Source of the DNA: Camelus ferus
Taxonomy: Eukaryota
NCBI RefSeq assembly: GCF_009834535.1
Contig: NC_045696.1
Span: 105,278,001 to 105,342,000 of the forward strand
Length of the DNA stretch: 64,000 nucleotides
Direction of reading: 5' to 3'
Made by a program: the position numbers and the translations under genes. Every line of letters starts with the position of its first letter. Positions within the stretch are counted from its first letter, which is position 1. The notes under the pieces were generated by a model that saw only the letters and a list, made by a program, of their open reading frames with translations, had not been told where the DNA came from and ran no database searches. Shown one piece after another: positions 24,345-38,194 of this stretch.

Positions 24345-25256
24345 GCTCTTATTTCTGACTAACCTTGAGTCTCGGCAGAGCCTACAAGGACTCTGTGGGG
24401 GTGGGAGGGGGCGGCGGTGCCTGGAGCTGGGCCTCTGCAGGCAGGGCGGGAACGCCACCTCCCTGGCCCTGCATGGGAAGCTGGCGTGTGGGCTTGAAGG
24501 GGGAAAGGATGGCCTGGGGGGGTTGGGAGTGGTCCAGGACTTCACCTTCAGCACTGCACCCACCTCCCAAAGCCCCAGGTAGACGGGTCTGAACAGCAGC
24601 TGAAACCACTTTCCGCATGTGTGCTCAGCGTGGGAGCCTCCTTTCTGCTGGTTTACCATCCCAGTCTCTTAAGGACTCCCAGGCCCTCCCAGCGAACCCT
24701 GGCAGCACAGGGCCTGGAAGCAGGAACCCCCACCCCCACCCCAGCGCTCTCCTCCACGCACCCAGACGCTGCAAATGTGACTGCCCTTAGGGTCCCCTTT
24801 CTCCAAGGAGGTCTCCCCAGGAAACCAGAGCCTGCAGCCCAGGTCCTACTGCCCACATGTCACATGTGCTCAGGATTTGTTCATATTTGGCTTGGAGTTG
24901 ACTGAAAACTCCTCTGAGAGCATGGACGGTGCTTGAGTCACAATAGCTTCCTTCCTGGGAAGCAATTTTGTGGCTGACTCTAATGTATAAATTGAGTTGT
25001 GCTGGAGCGCATGTGCGTGGAAACACACATACACACACCCCTTGTCTGAAGCTCCACCATTACAGCACATTTATTTTGGTTAAATATCCAAAGATTTCTC
25101 CTCTAATATGCAGAGGGCTAGCTGTCTTTAGACAAGAACAATAATTAGTCCTTCCTCCCTCCCTTCCCCCTTTCTTCCTTCCTCTCATCTTTCTCTCCTG
25201 ACCTAAGGGTCCAAGGACAGCATAGGAGTTCTCTAGGGGGAAACTATAAAGAAGAT

Positions 25257-25410
25257 GAGGTAGCAGTGCAAAGCTCAATGGTAGAGTGCGTGCTTAGCAT
25301 GTACCAGGTCCAGGGTTCAATTCCCAGTCCCTCCATTAAAAAAATAAAGAAGTAAATCTAATTACCTCCTCCTCAAAACAAAAAAAAAGAAATTTTAAAA
25401 ATGTTAAAAA
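25257..25410 (+). mobile_element. Vic-1-like SINE
   Basis: agctcaatggtagagtgcgtgcttagcatgt...gggttcaattccc, followed by ctaattacctcc and an A tail as in the other copies. Confidence 0.85.
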
Positions 25411-25454
25411 AATAGTTGGACAAAACTTTTAAAAATTAAATACACTTTAAAAAT

Positions 25455-25670
25455 ATATATTAAATAAGTACTATATATAAAATAAATACATGTTTCTTCT
25501 GTATAGCACAGAGAACTATATTTAATATCTTATAGTAACCTACAGTGAAAATATGAAAACGAATAGATCTGTGTATATGTAGGACTGAAACATTATGCTG
25601 TACACCAGAAACTGATGCAACATTGTAAACTGACCGTACTTCAATTAAAACAAACAAAAAAAACCCAAAA
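25455..25670 (+). mobile_element. Short L1 3'UTR end (young family)
   Basis: ctgtatagcacagagaactatatt...ctgtacaccagaaa...tacttcaattaaaa, shared with the 661-1310 copy. Confidence 0.8.
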
Positions 25671-26721
25671 GAACCAGGATGGGCATGAAGAGAATGAAGT
25701 CAGGGCTGGAGGAGAACCCAGACTGCAAAACCCATCTTTGCCAGGCTTACAACAGAACTGGCCCTGCCCTCAGAAAATGAGGGGGAAAAACCCCGTCTGA
25801 CAATGTGCAATGAGTCAGAAAAATCATCTTACTCTTTGACTCAGAGATCCCGCTTATGGGATTATATTCCAGGAAAATCGTTCAAAAGATAAAAAGCTGT
25901 ATCTATTTGTACAAAAGTGTTCATTGTTGCTGTGTGGTAATAATATTCTGCAACCCACATAAGCATGGCCACCCCCAGAGGGCTGTGAGGTGGCAGGCCC
26001 CACCCTGGTACTTCACATGTATTACGTATGTTATGTATTCAATCTTCCAACAATCCTGGAGCGGAGGGGCTACTCTCCCGTTGTACAGACAGGGACCCGA
26101 GGTCCTACCAGGGTCACACTCCTGGTTAATCACAGTTCAGATCTGATTCAACCTCAGACCTCTCTGACTCCGGACTTTGTGTGGTTTACAGAACGAGCTG
26201 CCTCCTGCCAGTGTCCCTGAGTGCCCCATAACCACAGGCGGTTAGAATGACTATGGCTTTTTAATTCCATAGACCACTACGTAGCCACGAAGATGATCAC
26301 TGTGAAGATAAATGGAAAGCATTTACGGGCAATCAGTGCACAAGTTCCATAGATGCTGCTTCTTAGTCTCTCTCTCTCCTTTCCCCATCTTCTGAATATC
26401 TCTTGCCTGTAATAATAATAAACATCTTTTGTGCTTACTGTGTGCCAGGCTCGGTGCTTTCCATGGAGTATTTCATTTAATCACTCCAGTATCTTCACAT
26501 TGATCTCCGTTCCACTATCCTTCACATTCTAAAAGGGGTACTGATCATGCTTCTCGCCAGCTCAGAACCCCTAGAGGATCCCAGGGCTGGCAGGCAAAGG
26601 CCAGACGGCATTCAGGACCTCAGGACATGACAGCACCTGCCTCTCCAGCCCCTTCCCTTCCCTCACACCTTACACTTGACCCCATCCCACCATCTGCAGG
26701 TGGCTTCACTTGCCAGTCTCT

Positions 26722-27233
26722 TTTTTTTAAATTGAAGTAGAATTGATTTACAGTGTTGTATTAAGTTTCTGGTGTACAGCATTGTGATTCAGTTATACAC
26801 ATGTATATTCTTTTTCATATTTTCATTATAGGCTGTTACACGCTATTGAATATAGTTCCCTGTGTTATACAGTAGGACCTTATTGTTTGTCTATTTTGTA
26901 TGTAATAGTTTATATCTGCTAATCCCAAACTCCTAATTTATCCCTCCCCACCCTTTCCCCTTTGGTAACCATAATTTTGCTTCCTATGTCTGGGAGTCTG
27001 TTTCTTTTGTAAATAAGTTCACTCGTGTCATTTTTTTAGATTGCACATATAAGTGATATCATATGACATGTGCCTTTCTCTGTCTGACTCACTTAATATG
27101 ATCATCTCTAGGTCCGTCCGTAATGCTGCAAATGGTACTATTTCATTCTTTTATGGCTGAGTAGTATTCCATCTTCTTTATCCAGTCGTCTGTCAGTGGA
27201 CGTTTAGGTTACTTCCATGTCTCGGCTATTGTA
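26722..27233 (-). mobile_element. 5'-truncated L1 (young family)
   Basis: Poly-T then ttgaagtag...gaatatagttccctgtg...ttatggctgagtagtattcc; imperfect TSD acttgcca..ctctttt on both sides. Confidence 0.88.
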
Positions 27234-30200
27234 CTTGCCATCCTCTTTTGTGTCTCTGCTCACTTCCCTGGGATGGATAAGCCCCCTGCCTCCTCTCTCT
27301 GGGAGGATAATTACCCACTGGTCAAGACCAGCCCAGGCTTAACTGCTCCCTCAACCTTCTCCTGTCTCCCTACCCACCCTCGTCCTCTCCTTTGCCTCGC
27401 TGTCCCTCTCTGAGTGTGCTGCTCCTAGGGCACCTGTGATGCTTGTTTTAGTGCATTTGAGATTCTAGACAGAGGGGCCCACTACCTTTGTATCTCCAGT
27501 GCCTGGCGCAGTGGACTCCAGTGTGTTTGTCAAATGAGTGTTCAGTAAAAACAGCAGCACCTCAGACAGTGGAAGTGGCAGGCATTGACCATCTCACTGC
27601 AAGAGCCACTGACAAATAGCTAGTGTTCGTTGGGGATACTTCCCATGTGCTGGGAATTCTGAGCACATTCTGTGCATTAATTCTTTGAAACCTCACAATT
27701 CTGTGATGAAGATGCCAGAGTTCTTCCTAGATGATATGTGAAGAAAATGAAAGGTGAACAGGCATCACTTGTCTGAGATCAGGTAGTTGGTGGAGCCAGG
27801 ATTTGGATCCTGGCCACCTGACTCTAAGTGGTTATCAGAGAAAGATGGAATCATTGATATGTTAAGGGGTCAGAGCTCTGGATTAATTTTTTTCTGAGGC
27901 TTTTGGAATCTCAAATGTAATGTCCCCCAAGGAAGTCATGGTGCCGTGGGATGGAATGGTCAGGGCAGGGGAGGGATGTCTGGTTTTCATCTCATTCTCT
28001 GTGGCAGGGGAGGCTTCCTTGCTGGCCGAGAGCCCCAGCTCCAAGGGCTGAGGGCAGCTGTTCCTGGCCCTCCTTTAAGCTCTTGCTTGTCCATGGCCCA
28101 ACTCCCTCTGAGGCAGGGCCTGGCTGTCTGGCTGAGTCATGACCCATTCAGTTCTGGAGCCAGACCATCATCTTTGGAATCCCATCTCTGCCCCTTACAA
28201 ACTGGGTGCCACTAAGCAAGTCACTTTGCCTCACTGTGCCTTTACTTGTCTGTGAAATGGGCATCATTATAAAGGGATATTGGCTTCGCAGTGAGGGTTA
28301 GATGCAGGGAAGCCTACAGTCAGCTGCTCCAACAACATGAGCCCATAATTCACCTTGTAAACCATGTCCTCCAGAAGACAGATTCTGGCGGTGGTGACAT
28401 GTGGAGGGACACTCAGCCATCCAGAGGGGAGCTCGTGGAGTTATGTGTGCAGAGTGCCTCTCCACATCAGTGGAGATCAGGGTCAGGGGCAAAGGGCAAG
28501 GCCAGAAGCAGAGGGAAACCACTGCTGACTGAGTTAAGCCTTGAAATAGGTCCTTGTTTCATTCCCTCCTGATGGCTCTGTTCTGTGGCAGGACTCATTC
28601 GTCCCATTTTGCAGATGACGACCCAGCTTCAAAAAGGTGGGGATGGCTTGGAGCACAGGCCTGCCTCTATCCAAGGCCTCCTGAATGCCCGGCTCAGTCG
28701 GGCCAGCTGCTGTCTGGTGGCGGGGCCAGCCCCACGTCCTGCCAGCTACTGTTCAACGGTGACAGCGTCCATGGCAGCAAGGTGTTGGTGTGGGAGCAGT
28801 GGGCAGGCTGTGGGTTCAGAGTCAAGCAGAAGGGGGTTTAAACCATGACTCATGGCCTTCCTGGCCAGGTGGCCCTGGGCACAATGACTAAGCACTCCAG
28901 GCCTCAGAAACTTGGGGCCAGTGTCACTCCAATTGTTTATAAGGAGCTAATCTGTGAAAGAATAAACAGCCACATTGCCTAGGATATTTTGTCTTTAAAA
29001 AAAAAGTGTTCATTGCTGAAAAATTGTAAGAGTTCCCCTAGAATGTTTTTGGCCATTCCTGCTTTCTGTCAATTCAGCAAATGGAAACGTGCATTTTCTC
29101 TGCCATAAATTCTAAGCTGGGGGCTGGTATCCTGCAGTGAATAAAAAGATCCCAGACCCCAAGAAACTTGGTCAAGAGAGCCTGACCTGCTCGCTCTTCC
29201 CTGGTTATCAGCTACCATCTCTTATCTTCTGGGAACTGTTTGTTTCTGTTCACCTTGAAAGATGAAAAAAATAGAGGCCAGAGGCTCCCGTGGAGGTGAT
29301 GAGGCCTCTGGTGGACTCTGTCCTTCTGAGCCCCTCTGAGCGCCTCTGGGAGGATGGCCCCTCCCTTACTGCATCCCCGCTGCAGGTGGGCCCGATACTG
29401 GGCTGACTCCGCGCACTTGCCCTAGGAGCAGAGCCAGCTGCGCCTGCCAGAGAAGCCTGCATCGGTTTTTCTATTGCACCAGGTTTGGCTGGTTGGAACC
29501 ACAATGGTGTGAAGTGAGGAAGGAGAGATGCTAGTAAATTCTGGGGGGTTGGTGGTACAAGGTCAGACTCCACGGGGAGGGTCGTGCCGAGAGAGGCCAG
29601 CTGGCCAAAGCCCATTTAGAAGCCTCACTGATGCAGCCCCTGACCTCCCTGTGTCTGTCCAGGGTGTCCCCTCTGCCTGGGGTTCCCTGATTCCTCTTTT
29701 CCAACTTCTACTTCTTTACCTCACTCTCATGATGTTTTTCAGTGTCGATTCCAGCATCACCTCCTCCAGAAAGCCTAACCTGATGGCCTCTGTCCCCACT
29801 TCAGAGGCTGATGAGGCAGGCGCCTCCCCACTTCCATACTTGCCATCACCTTCCTCGACCCAGCACTTGCCGTTCTGCTGCAATTTTCTGTCTGCTTGTC
29901 TTCGTCTCCATTAGTCCGTGAACTCTTGGAGCAGAATCCTCAGCTGACCTGCCTCTGTTTCTTGTGCGAGGCTGGTGACAGGTGTGGAGCCCACCTTTGC
30001 TGAATGTTGTTTCTTCACATAGAGCCACGCTGCAAACTCCTACTGCTCATTCAGGGTTGGGTTAGATCAGCAGCTGCAGGGCCCAGCAACCAAGACCACG
30101 GGCCCTACAGTCAAATCTCATCTCCCCACTTCATGGCTAAGTGACTTTAAAGCCTCAGTCTCCAAATCTGTTAACTGGGGAGAAGTGTACCTGGTCCAGG

Positions 30201-33200
30201 AGGTTTAATGAATCAATTTGATATGACCCACGCTTTAATACCCTGTGCAGTAGATAGTATTCAGTGCTTGCTATTAGGGTGATGATGGTGCTGGTGATCG
30301 TTGACAGTGATGCTATTACTTCCAGCAGGAAGCCTTCCCTGACCCCCAGGCTGGGTTGGGTACCCATCCCACATCCACGCACACAGCACACGGGTGGCAT
30401 CAATGCCAGTTTACACATCTGCCTTCCCTCCAGGCTGAGCTGCTCCACGGCAGAGCCTAGGCCCAGCCCAGCCTCAGGGCACCCTCGGTGCTGGGCCCCT
30501 AGAGTGACTGAGCCCAGTCCCACGGCAGCCCTGTGACCTCCTCCAGCCTCACTCCCTCCTGCCCATCCAGAACCTTGGCCTCATGGGGCCCTGAGCTCTC
30601 TGGCGGTTTGTTGTTTTAAAATGAATCCTGGGGGCGCTTCCTGGAATGTTTAAGGAATTTAAAAAATGACTTGTCAAGATTAGTCTTACCATTTTATCAT
30701 TTTGTTTGTCCTAAGAATCGTGTTCGCATTTGCTCTTCGCTTCTTCGTGGTATTGGAATCACAGTCGCCTGTGCCCGCTAAGGCCTGCTGTGGTCTTACT
30801 GGTCTGTAGCTGTTGCTTGTAACAGCTTTTCTGTGTCTAGTTACCCGTTCATGTTTTAAGGCCTTGTTAGTTTTGTTTTAATCTACTTTCAGCGTGACTT
30901 GCCCCCGGAATGTGCTGCTTTTAGGTCACTGGCACCCCCCTGGGAACAGATCAGAAAAGGAGCAAGCCCTCTGCTCACCCAGCCTGGCCTCCCGGGTGGG
31001 GCGGGCTTCTCAGCCAGAAAGAGCAGAGTTCAAGTCAGGGCTCAGCCCCTGACTCCAGGGTGGCTTGGGCTGGTTACTTAACTAAGCCTGGTTGTGATCA
31101 GTTCCAAAGCCTGAAGTTCAAGTGAAACACAATGGCAAGCTCCCAGCACCATACCTGGCACTTGGCAGGTTCTCTGTTACCTTCCCCGCCCTTCTCATCC
31201 GCTCACGAATGAAACAGGCACCAGAGGCTAAGAACCTGCTGATTGTCCCAGGAACCCTCAAGAGGTGAAGAACATTTTAACCTTAGACTCCAGGAGGAAA
31301 GAAAAAGGCCAATTTGTATCTGTTAGTGATTCACATCACCTAGAGAAAGTGTCTAGTCACTGTCTGGTTTTGCCACATTCCCCTCAGATTTAAAGAGCAC
31401 ACACTTTGGAGTCAGACCGGGATCAGTGCTGGCTCTGGCCTTGGCGGGCAGAACTACCATGGCCAAGGCCTCCTCTCTTGTGACCTGGCTCCAGAACCAC
31501 AGAGACAATGAGGTTCAGTCCTAGCCCTCCAGGAGGTGGCTCCGTGGGCAGAGACCCTCCCAGAGCCGGGTGGGTGGGTGCAGAGGGACCACCCATCAAT
31601 CCTTAGCCTGCTCGTGGGAGTGGATGCTTTGGTGGGCATTTGGGTTCTTTCAGGGATGTCACCACTTCCTGGCCGCCATGTTGAATCCCACCCTTTGTGG
31701 TTCATGCCGGGTCACAGCCAAGAGACGAGTCCATTTGGTGGGAATGGTCTGTCACTCCCAGTGTAGGTTGTTCATCCAGGGTGAGGGGCCTCGAGACTTC
31801 CTTGGACCAAACTTCCTCAGGCTGCCTGTGGGAACTGAGTTTTCTGGGTCACCTCCGTGCCAGCCGGAGCTTCTAAGTGGTCAGGGAAACAGGATAATGG
31901 CTTTTGAAGTGACAGTCCCCTGTCAGAGTGACGCAAAGCTGTCTTCATTCATCTTGGTGCATGTGTTTCTGGGAAAGCTGCTGACAAGACCAAAGTGTTG
32001 GAGGTTATTAGTTTTTAATAGAAAAGTTAGACCAGCCTTGCTTTAAAACCAGCTGCCCTGGGCTCCTGCTCGTCTGCAGATTCAGACAGTCTGTGTGGTG
32101 AGAATTACTCTTAGGAGTGGAGCTGAAGGTGGCCATACATTCCCCCTTGTCCTTGGGTTTGTCTGGGCTTCATTTCTGAGGTGGAGTCCCAGAGCCCATG
32201 GTGGGGGTGGAGGCAGCACTGCCCATCCCCATGGTTTGCACCGTCCACCTGATTCCCCATGGGCATCTGCCTTCCCATACCATGGGAAAAGCATGGGGAG
32301 CATCCTCTTGCCTGAAAGTCTCCCATTAGACCCTGATTAAATGGAATAAGCAGTGGTGAGTGCCCAGGCTGGGAAACCTCTTAGAGATCCTTTCAGATCT
32401 GCATTCACAGGACAAGCTGTGCCTTGTCCCTGACTTGTCCCTGGTCTGGCAAAGGTGGCTGGCTGCTCACCACAGAGGGAGGTCACAGAAGGCGTCCATC
32501 CTTGGATTCCAAGAAAGGTTGTTATCAGAAGCTATGTTCTGTGTCACAGGAAAACCAGTGACCATTGCGTGTTATCCATTCCCCTCCCAGCATTACTTCT
32601 TTCCTTTTTACCTCTCATTCATTTGTAGGTGATCGTCCTCCTCCCTGACTCCCCACCTGCCTTTCTGTTCTTAGGACAAATCTGATCCTCTGGGAAATTG
32701 CTGCTTTATTCCCACAGGATACAAAGCTTCAAAAGAAAAATCCCTGCCCCTTGCAAAGTGAACACAGGGTAACAAAGTGAGATAACTGAATCACATTTTC
32801 GGAGCCATCACAGCTGTCAGTGGGGAGTCTCCAAATAGATCTTCTACTTAAACAAAGACTAATTAAATTTTAGGAGACACGGACATCACAGGGCTCCCTG
32901 GGTGCCCGGCTCAGCAGGCAGCCCCTGCATGGTCTCAGATGCAAGGCTCCTGGAAAGGAAGGAGCTTCTGAAATATTTAGCCTTGGTGAATAGCAGGGCC
33001 ATCACTTCCTCACAAATCTCCAACTTGGAGGGAAAAAAAAAAAAGGCTTTTGTGATTGTTCAACTTGGACAAGCAAATCCATCCTTATCTAAGCTCTAGA
33101 CGTCATGATTATATCATAATAGCGCCTCGTACACCAGCTCTCCGCGTCACGTATATTTTCTCTCATCCTCAGCGTGAACTGGTGAAGTGTGCCTTGCGGT

Positions 33201-34072
33201 TACCTAAAGCCGGCATAACAAACCAGCCCAGAATGCAACGCATTAAAATAGCAACCGATTCCTCTCGTGACTGTGGGCTGGCTGGGTGTTCACGGCTCCG
33301 AGGGGGCTGCATTCAGCTGACGGCCTGGCTGCGGCGCCTCCATTCTCTGGCAGTAACCTCTCTTTCTCTCCTCCGGGGCTTCTCACGTGGCCTTTCTCTC
33401 CAGTAGGATGGCCTGGACTTCTAAACGCACGGCAGCTGGGTCCCGAGAGGACGAGCCCAGCAAACAAATGCTTATGAAAGTGCTGCCTGGCTTGTGCTTG
33501 CTGCTGTCCCATTGGTCAAAGCAGGCCACACAGCCAAGGCCAGAACCCATGTAGGAGGGGGCTTCACGAGGGCGTGAACATTATCTGATCCACTGGGGGC
33601 CCCAATGGAACGCTTGGCCACAGTAGGTACCCTGAATCCCTCTTTTGTAGATGAGAACACTGAGGCTCAGGGAGGTTAATCCTGTTGCCTGAGGTCATCC
33701 CGCACAAGGCAGGACAGAGCGCCTGGGTCTGTTGACTCTAAGGAGCGTGTTCTTTGCAATATACTAGGTCAACCTGATCGTTACAGAGTGGGAGGGGGCA
33801 GGTACCAGGAGCCCATGTAAATGACAGCTGAGTTTCCCGGCCTCTTTAACTTAGAGCACAGCCCTGCAGACTCCCTGGCCCACTGTGCGTGCCTTCCGTG
33901 ATGCTTCCACCCTGCAGATCAGAGCCATGGGACTGTGTGAGGGTATAGGCACGGTAGGGAGACAGTTGAAAACAGCCTCCAGGCCACAGGCCCAGTTATG
34001 GTCTGGCTCTGTGACCCTGTCTTCCCCCAACCTGTTCCTCCCTCTCCTTTAGCCCTGACCTGCTTGTTCTTT

Positions 34073-34560
34073 TTTTTTTTTTTTTTCCTTTTTATTGAAG
34101 TATAGTCAGTTTACAATGTTGTATCAATTGCTGGTGTACAGCACAAAGCTTCAGTCATACATATACATACATATATTCCTCTTCATATTCTTTTTCATTA
34201 TAGGTTACTACAAGATATTGAATATAGTTCCCTGTGCTGTACTGTAGAAACTTGTTTGTTTTATAGATACCGGTCAGTATCTGCAAATCTCAAACTCCCA
34301 ATCTATCCCTTCCCACTCCCTTTGCCCCCAGTTAATCATAAGTTTGTTTTCTATGTCTGTGCATCTGTTTCCATTTTGTAAATCAGTTCATTTGTGACTT
34401 TTTTTTAGATTCCACATATAAGCGATATGTGATACTTGTCTTTTTCTGTCTGGCTTACTTCACTTAGAATGATGATCTCCAGGTCCATCCATGTTGCTAC
34501 AAGTGGCATTGTTTTATTCTTTTTTTATGGCTGAGTGGTATTCCAGCATGTGTGTGTACA

Positions 34561-34595
<35 letters not shown>

Positions 34596-34665
34596 ACAAC
34601 TTCTTTATCCAGTCATCTGTCAGTGGACATTTAGGTTGCTTCCATGTCTTGGCTGTTGTAAATAG
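34073..34665 (-). mobile_element. 5'-truncated L1 (young family) containing (TA)n at about 34562-34592
   Basis: Long poly-T, L1 3'UTR and ORF2 end; TSD tgcttgt(t/c)cttt at 34061-34072 and 34666-34677. Confidence 0.9.
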
Positions 34666-35761
34666 TGCTTGTCCTTTCTCACCATCTGGAATGCCCACTT
34701 TAAAAAACTAGCTGTGTTTCCTATGAGAGTGAGGGGCCACCCTGGGCACCGCATCCCCTGTGCTTCCGATAACCCTAGCACCTACCACACTGGGCTGTAT
34801 CCACCTGGTCCTTCTCTGTCTGCCCTTCTCTGCGGTGATTAGGGCAGGGGCTTTTAGGACCCACCTCTGGCTCCCATCACACACAGCCAGCAATGGTTAG
34901 GCTGAAATGAAGGTTGTTCCTCCTGGGGGCTGCTCAGAGTCCTGGCACAATATCCATGTTTTCTCTACAGCCCCCAAAACCTAGCAGACCTCTGCTGGGT
35001 GCCCTGCCCTGGGCTGGAAAACAAGGGGGCACTAAGCCATGCAAGGCCCATGTTCCAGCCGAAATTCTTTTCTTCATTAGCTGGGTGATGCTGAGAAAGT
35101 CACTTAACCTCTCTGAGCCCAGCCTTTCTGTATATCCAGTGCAGATGGGAATAGTCTCTTTTCTGTCCAACCTACCCAGGGTCAGAGTCAGCAGGCACTC
35201 GGGGCTGAGAAAGTGCCTCCTCTGGAAACTGACATAGCATTTCTGTGTGAAGGGCCCTTCTCTTTGAGAGGCCTGATTTGTCAGGCTCTAAGAAAGTATT
35301 CTCTGCATCCAAAGAGCCTTCCACTCCCTGAATCCCTTGATTTATCATGATGCCTGAAATTGTGCCATCCACCATTCTTTTGGTAAGGTATTTTTGATTA
35401 TCTATATCCAAATGGTCCTTGTTAAAAATGTCAAATGATCTGGAAACGGTAACACATTAGCCCAGGAGCAAAGCCTGCTTTACCACTCAGAAACATCTCT
35501 GATGCTCATTCTCTGGCACCGATGTTGGAAGGCAAGCAGCTGTGAGCCTTCTGGAGATCAGGGTGGCAAGACTTAGCAGAAGCTTTAAAAATATGCTCAC
35601 TCTTTCCTGCAGCAGTTCTTCCTCTGGAAATTTATTCTAAAGAAACATTGTGCTCAAAACTGTATACAAGGAAGTCTTATTTATAGTTGTACAGAAGTAA
35701 CCTAAATATCTGAGAACAGGTAATGGGCTAAGTAATGCTGTGTATGTAGAATGAAATAACA

Positions 35762-36100
35762 CTGGGACCCGCTTCATGGGCCTGTGAGCAGAGCAGCCCC
35801 ACAGGCTTCTGTACCCAGAGGGGCCCCTCACTTGGTTTAATGCTCTGCTGTCACTGTCTTAAAATTCCTAATCATTTTTTGCGGGGGAGGGTATAGCCCA
35901 GTGGTAGAGTGCACGCTTAGCATGTACAAGGTCCTGGGTTCAATCCTCAGTCCCTCCATTTAGATAAATAAATACATAAATACATAAATAAATAAACCTA
36001 ATTACTTCCCCCCCCCAAACAAACAAAATTCCTAATCTTTTTTGAAAGGAGCCCTCATTTTCATTTTGTGCTAGGCCCCACAAATTTTGTAGCCATTTCC
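35762..36100 (+). mobile_element. MER45A (hAT-Tip100) interrupted by a SINE
   Basis: gcttcatgggc...cttggtttaatgctctgctgtc...cattttcattttg...ggccccacaaatt.tgtagcc matches recalled MER45A consensus. Confidence 0.8.
35881..36024 (+). mobile_element. Vic-1-like SINE with about 19-bp TSD
   Basis: gggggagggtatagcccagtggtagagtg...cttagcatg...gggttcaatcc; TSD aaaattcctaatc(a/t)ttttt at about 35861-35879 and 36025-36043. Confidence 0.92.
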
Positions 36101-36328
36101 TAAATATTGTGTAACAATTAAAATAATGCTTATGAAGAATATTTGTTGAAGTGGAAAATTGCTTCTATTAAATGAAGAAAGTAGGGTACAAAACCATAAA
36201 TGATGCAATCCTGATTTTTTAAAAACAGAAATATATATATATATATTTATATTTATATATATCTGCAATTACCCACCTCCCTTCCACATGGGGCAGTTCC
36301 GTTATGAGCCCTGCCTCCCCTTGTAAGG

Positions 36329-36376
<48 letters not shown>
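36329..36376. repeat. (TAGA)12 microsatellite
   Basis: Perfect tetranucleotide run, read directly. Confidence 0.95.
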
Positions 36377-38092
36377 AATACATATATAAATGTAGATATA
36401 GATATAAAGACTGGACAGAAATACACCAAAATGCTAGAATAATTATCTCTGTAGAAGCAAAATTACAGGTATTCTTTTCACTACTATGTTCTTTTCAAAG
36501 ATTTCTTGCATTTTCCAGGACAAGGGTATGGATGTCCTCATTGACTCTAATATTTCCGGCAGAGGTAGAAATGTGTACATCGTACCTGAGAACCAATGAT
36601 TCTTTCTTGGCCTCTAATTGAGTGGGGAGCCCTCAGGTAGAGTTCTGGATAAATACAGGAGGAGAAGTTCCATTGATGAGGAAGCCAAGTGTTCTGATGA
36701 GCTCCTCGAAGTTGAGGACCATCTGAACTCTCAGTCCGCATTTCCCTTCACAGGCCTGGCGTAGACAAGGCACCCAGTGAATGGGCATCTTGTCTTGTGG
36801 CGTGAGGTCATTAGTGGTCTTTACCCATGACACACCTCATCAGATATTAACGTCATTCTGCTTGGACTCAGAAACAGGGTCTTCTCTCTGGTTTGGGGCT
36901 GGACATGTGCCTCAAGTGATCTCTGGGCCAGGGAGAGGAGCCGCCTTCACCCCAAGTCCTCCTGGCCCTCTCTCCCTCTGGGAACAGGCTCCAAGGGCAG
37001 AGGGTGGATTGATTCCTATGCAAAGCTGGGGGAACACTGGCTCCACCTGTCACCTCTGTGCCCCCATCTCATTTCAGGCTTCATCCCAACAGCAGAGGGT
37101 GGTAGAGACCAGCAAGCCCAGGAAAGAGACTGGGGCCCAGAGGAGGGATGAACTTGCTCGGAGTCTCATAGCGAACAAGGGGCAAATGGCATTCTTACCA
37201 CTACAGAGGGAGGCAGGGCTCATAATGGAACTGCCCCATGTGGAAGGGAGGTGGGTAGCTGCAGATATGGGAGATGCCCACTGCACCTGCACTCAGGTCC
37301 CTGTCTAGATCATGAGCTCCTGTCCGTAACTCTGGTGACACTGGGCACCTAGGGAGGCAGTGTAGTCCAGTGGAGAGGGGGACTTAGAGTCCCACAGATT
37401 CGTGTTCTGACCTGGCTCCACCACTGACACCTGGGTGAGCTTGGCAAGTCGCTTAGCCTGACCTGTAGAACAGAGATGCTAACCCACGTTCCACATGGAC
37501 AGTCATTAGGATTCAGTCGGCACAAGGTGCCTGGAAGAGCTACTGTTTGTACTTACAGTTGGTGATTTATATCTAAGGTCATTCTCCGTGCAGTAAAAAG
37601 CTCTGTGAGGGAAGGCACGGGATATTTTTAGCCTTCCAGGACTGCAGAGGTTGAAACAGTGAATGAATGAAAGAAATGAATGAATGAATGTCTGGGGATG
37701 GGCTCAGCAACTCTGAAAAGTCTGCCTCTCACTACCAAGATGCAGGCCAGCAACCCTCACACCCCCCCACATCTGAGGGGCTCAACCCTCAGAAGCCCCC
37801 ACTCCCTTCCCAGCCCTGTTCTCTGCCCTTGTACTGACAGCCCCACCCCAGTGACTTTTCCTCTCTAATTACCAATTTAAATGAAATTTATGAAGGTTTT
37901 TGTAAATTTCAAAACTGATTTGCATGCTTAAATAAGAACACGTGATGGTCAAGAAGTATGAGGCTGCAAATTTTCTATAATGAGATTGACTTGCACCCCC
38001 CCCCCCAAGATCCTCAATGTTGGGGCTGCCCCTCCCCCAGCCCCCAGGAGCTGCTGGCTCCAGACTGACCACTGTGTTTTTTGGCTTGGCAG

Positions 38093-38194
38093 ACCACGGT
38101 GAGCTGGGACGGGGACAAGCTCGAGTGTGTGCAGAAGGGCGAGAAGGAGGGACGTGGCTGGACCCAGTGGATTGAGGGTGATGAACTGCACCTG
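38093..38194 (+). CDS. RBP1: RBP1 coding exon 3, [34 protein letters not shown]
   Basis: Acceptor ttttttggcttggcAG at 38091-38092; 102 nt; donor CTG|GTAGGT; contains Gln108, characteristic of CRBP1/2. Intron 2 is 22,471 bp, consistent with the known large second intron. Confidence 0.98.

Noticed and set aside
30860..30900. Strong-looking 3' splice site (gttttgttttaatctactttcag) in intron 2 as a possible alternative terminal exon
   Set aside because: No matching donor, ORF or polyA support visible; cannot be supported without RNA-seq.
33757..33771. RORE-like atactAGGTCA and other isolated nuclear-receptor half-sites or one-mismatch repeats (e.g. 6876, 28475, 40234, 40580)
   Set aside because: Mismatched to consensus and at background frequency for 64 kb.
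35881..35960. tRNA-Ala(AGC)-like sequences (five copies)
   Set aside because: Mismatched stems, A-rich tails and target-site duplications mark them as SINEs, not tRNA genes.
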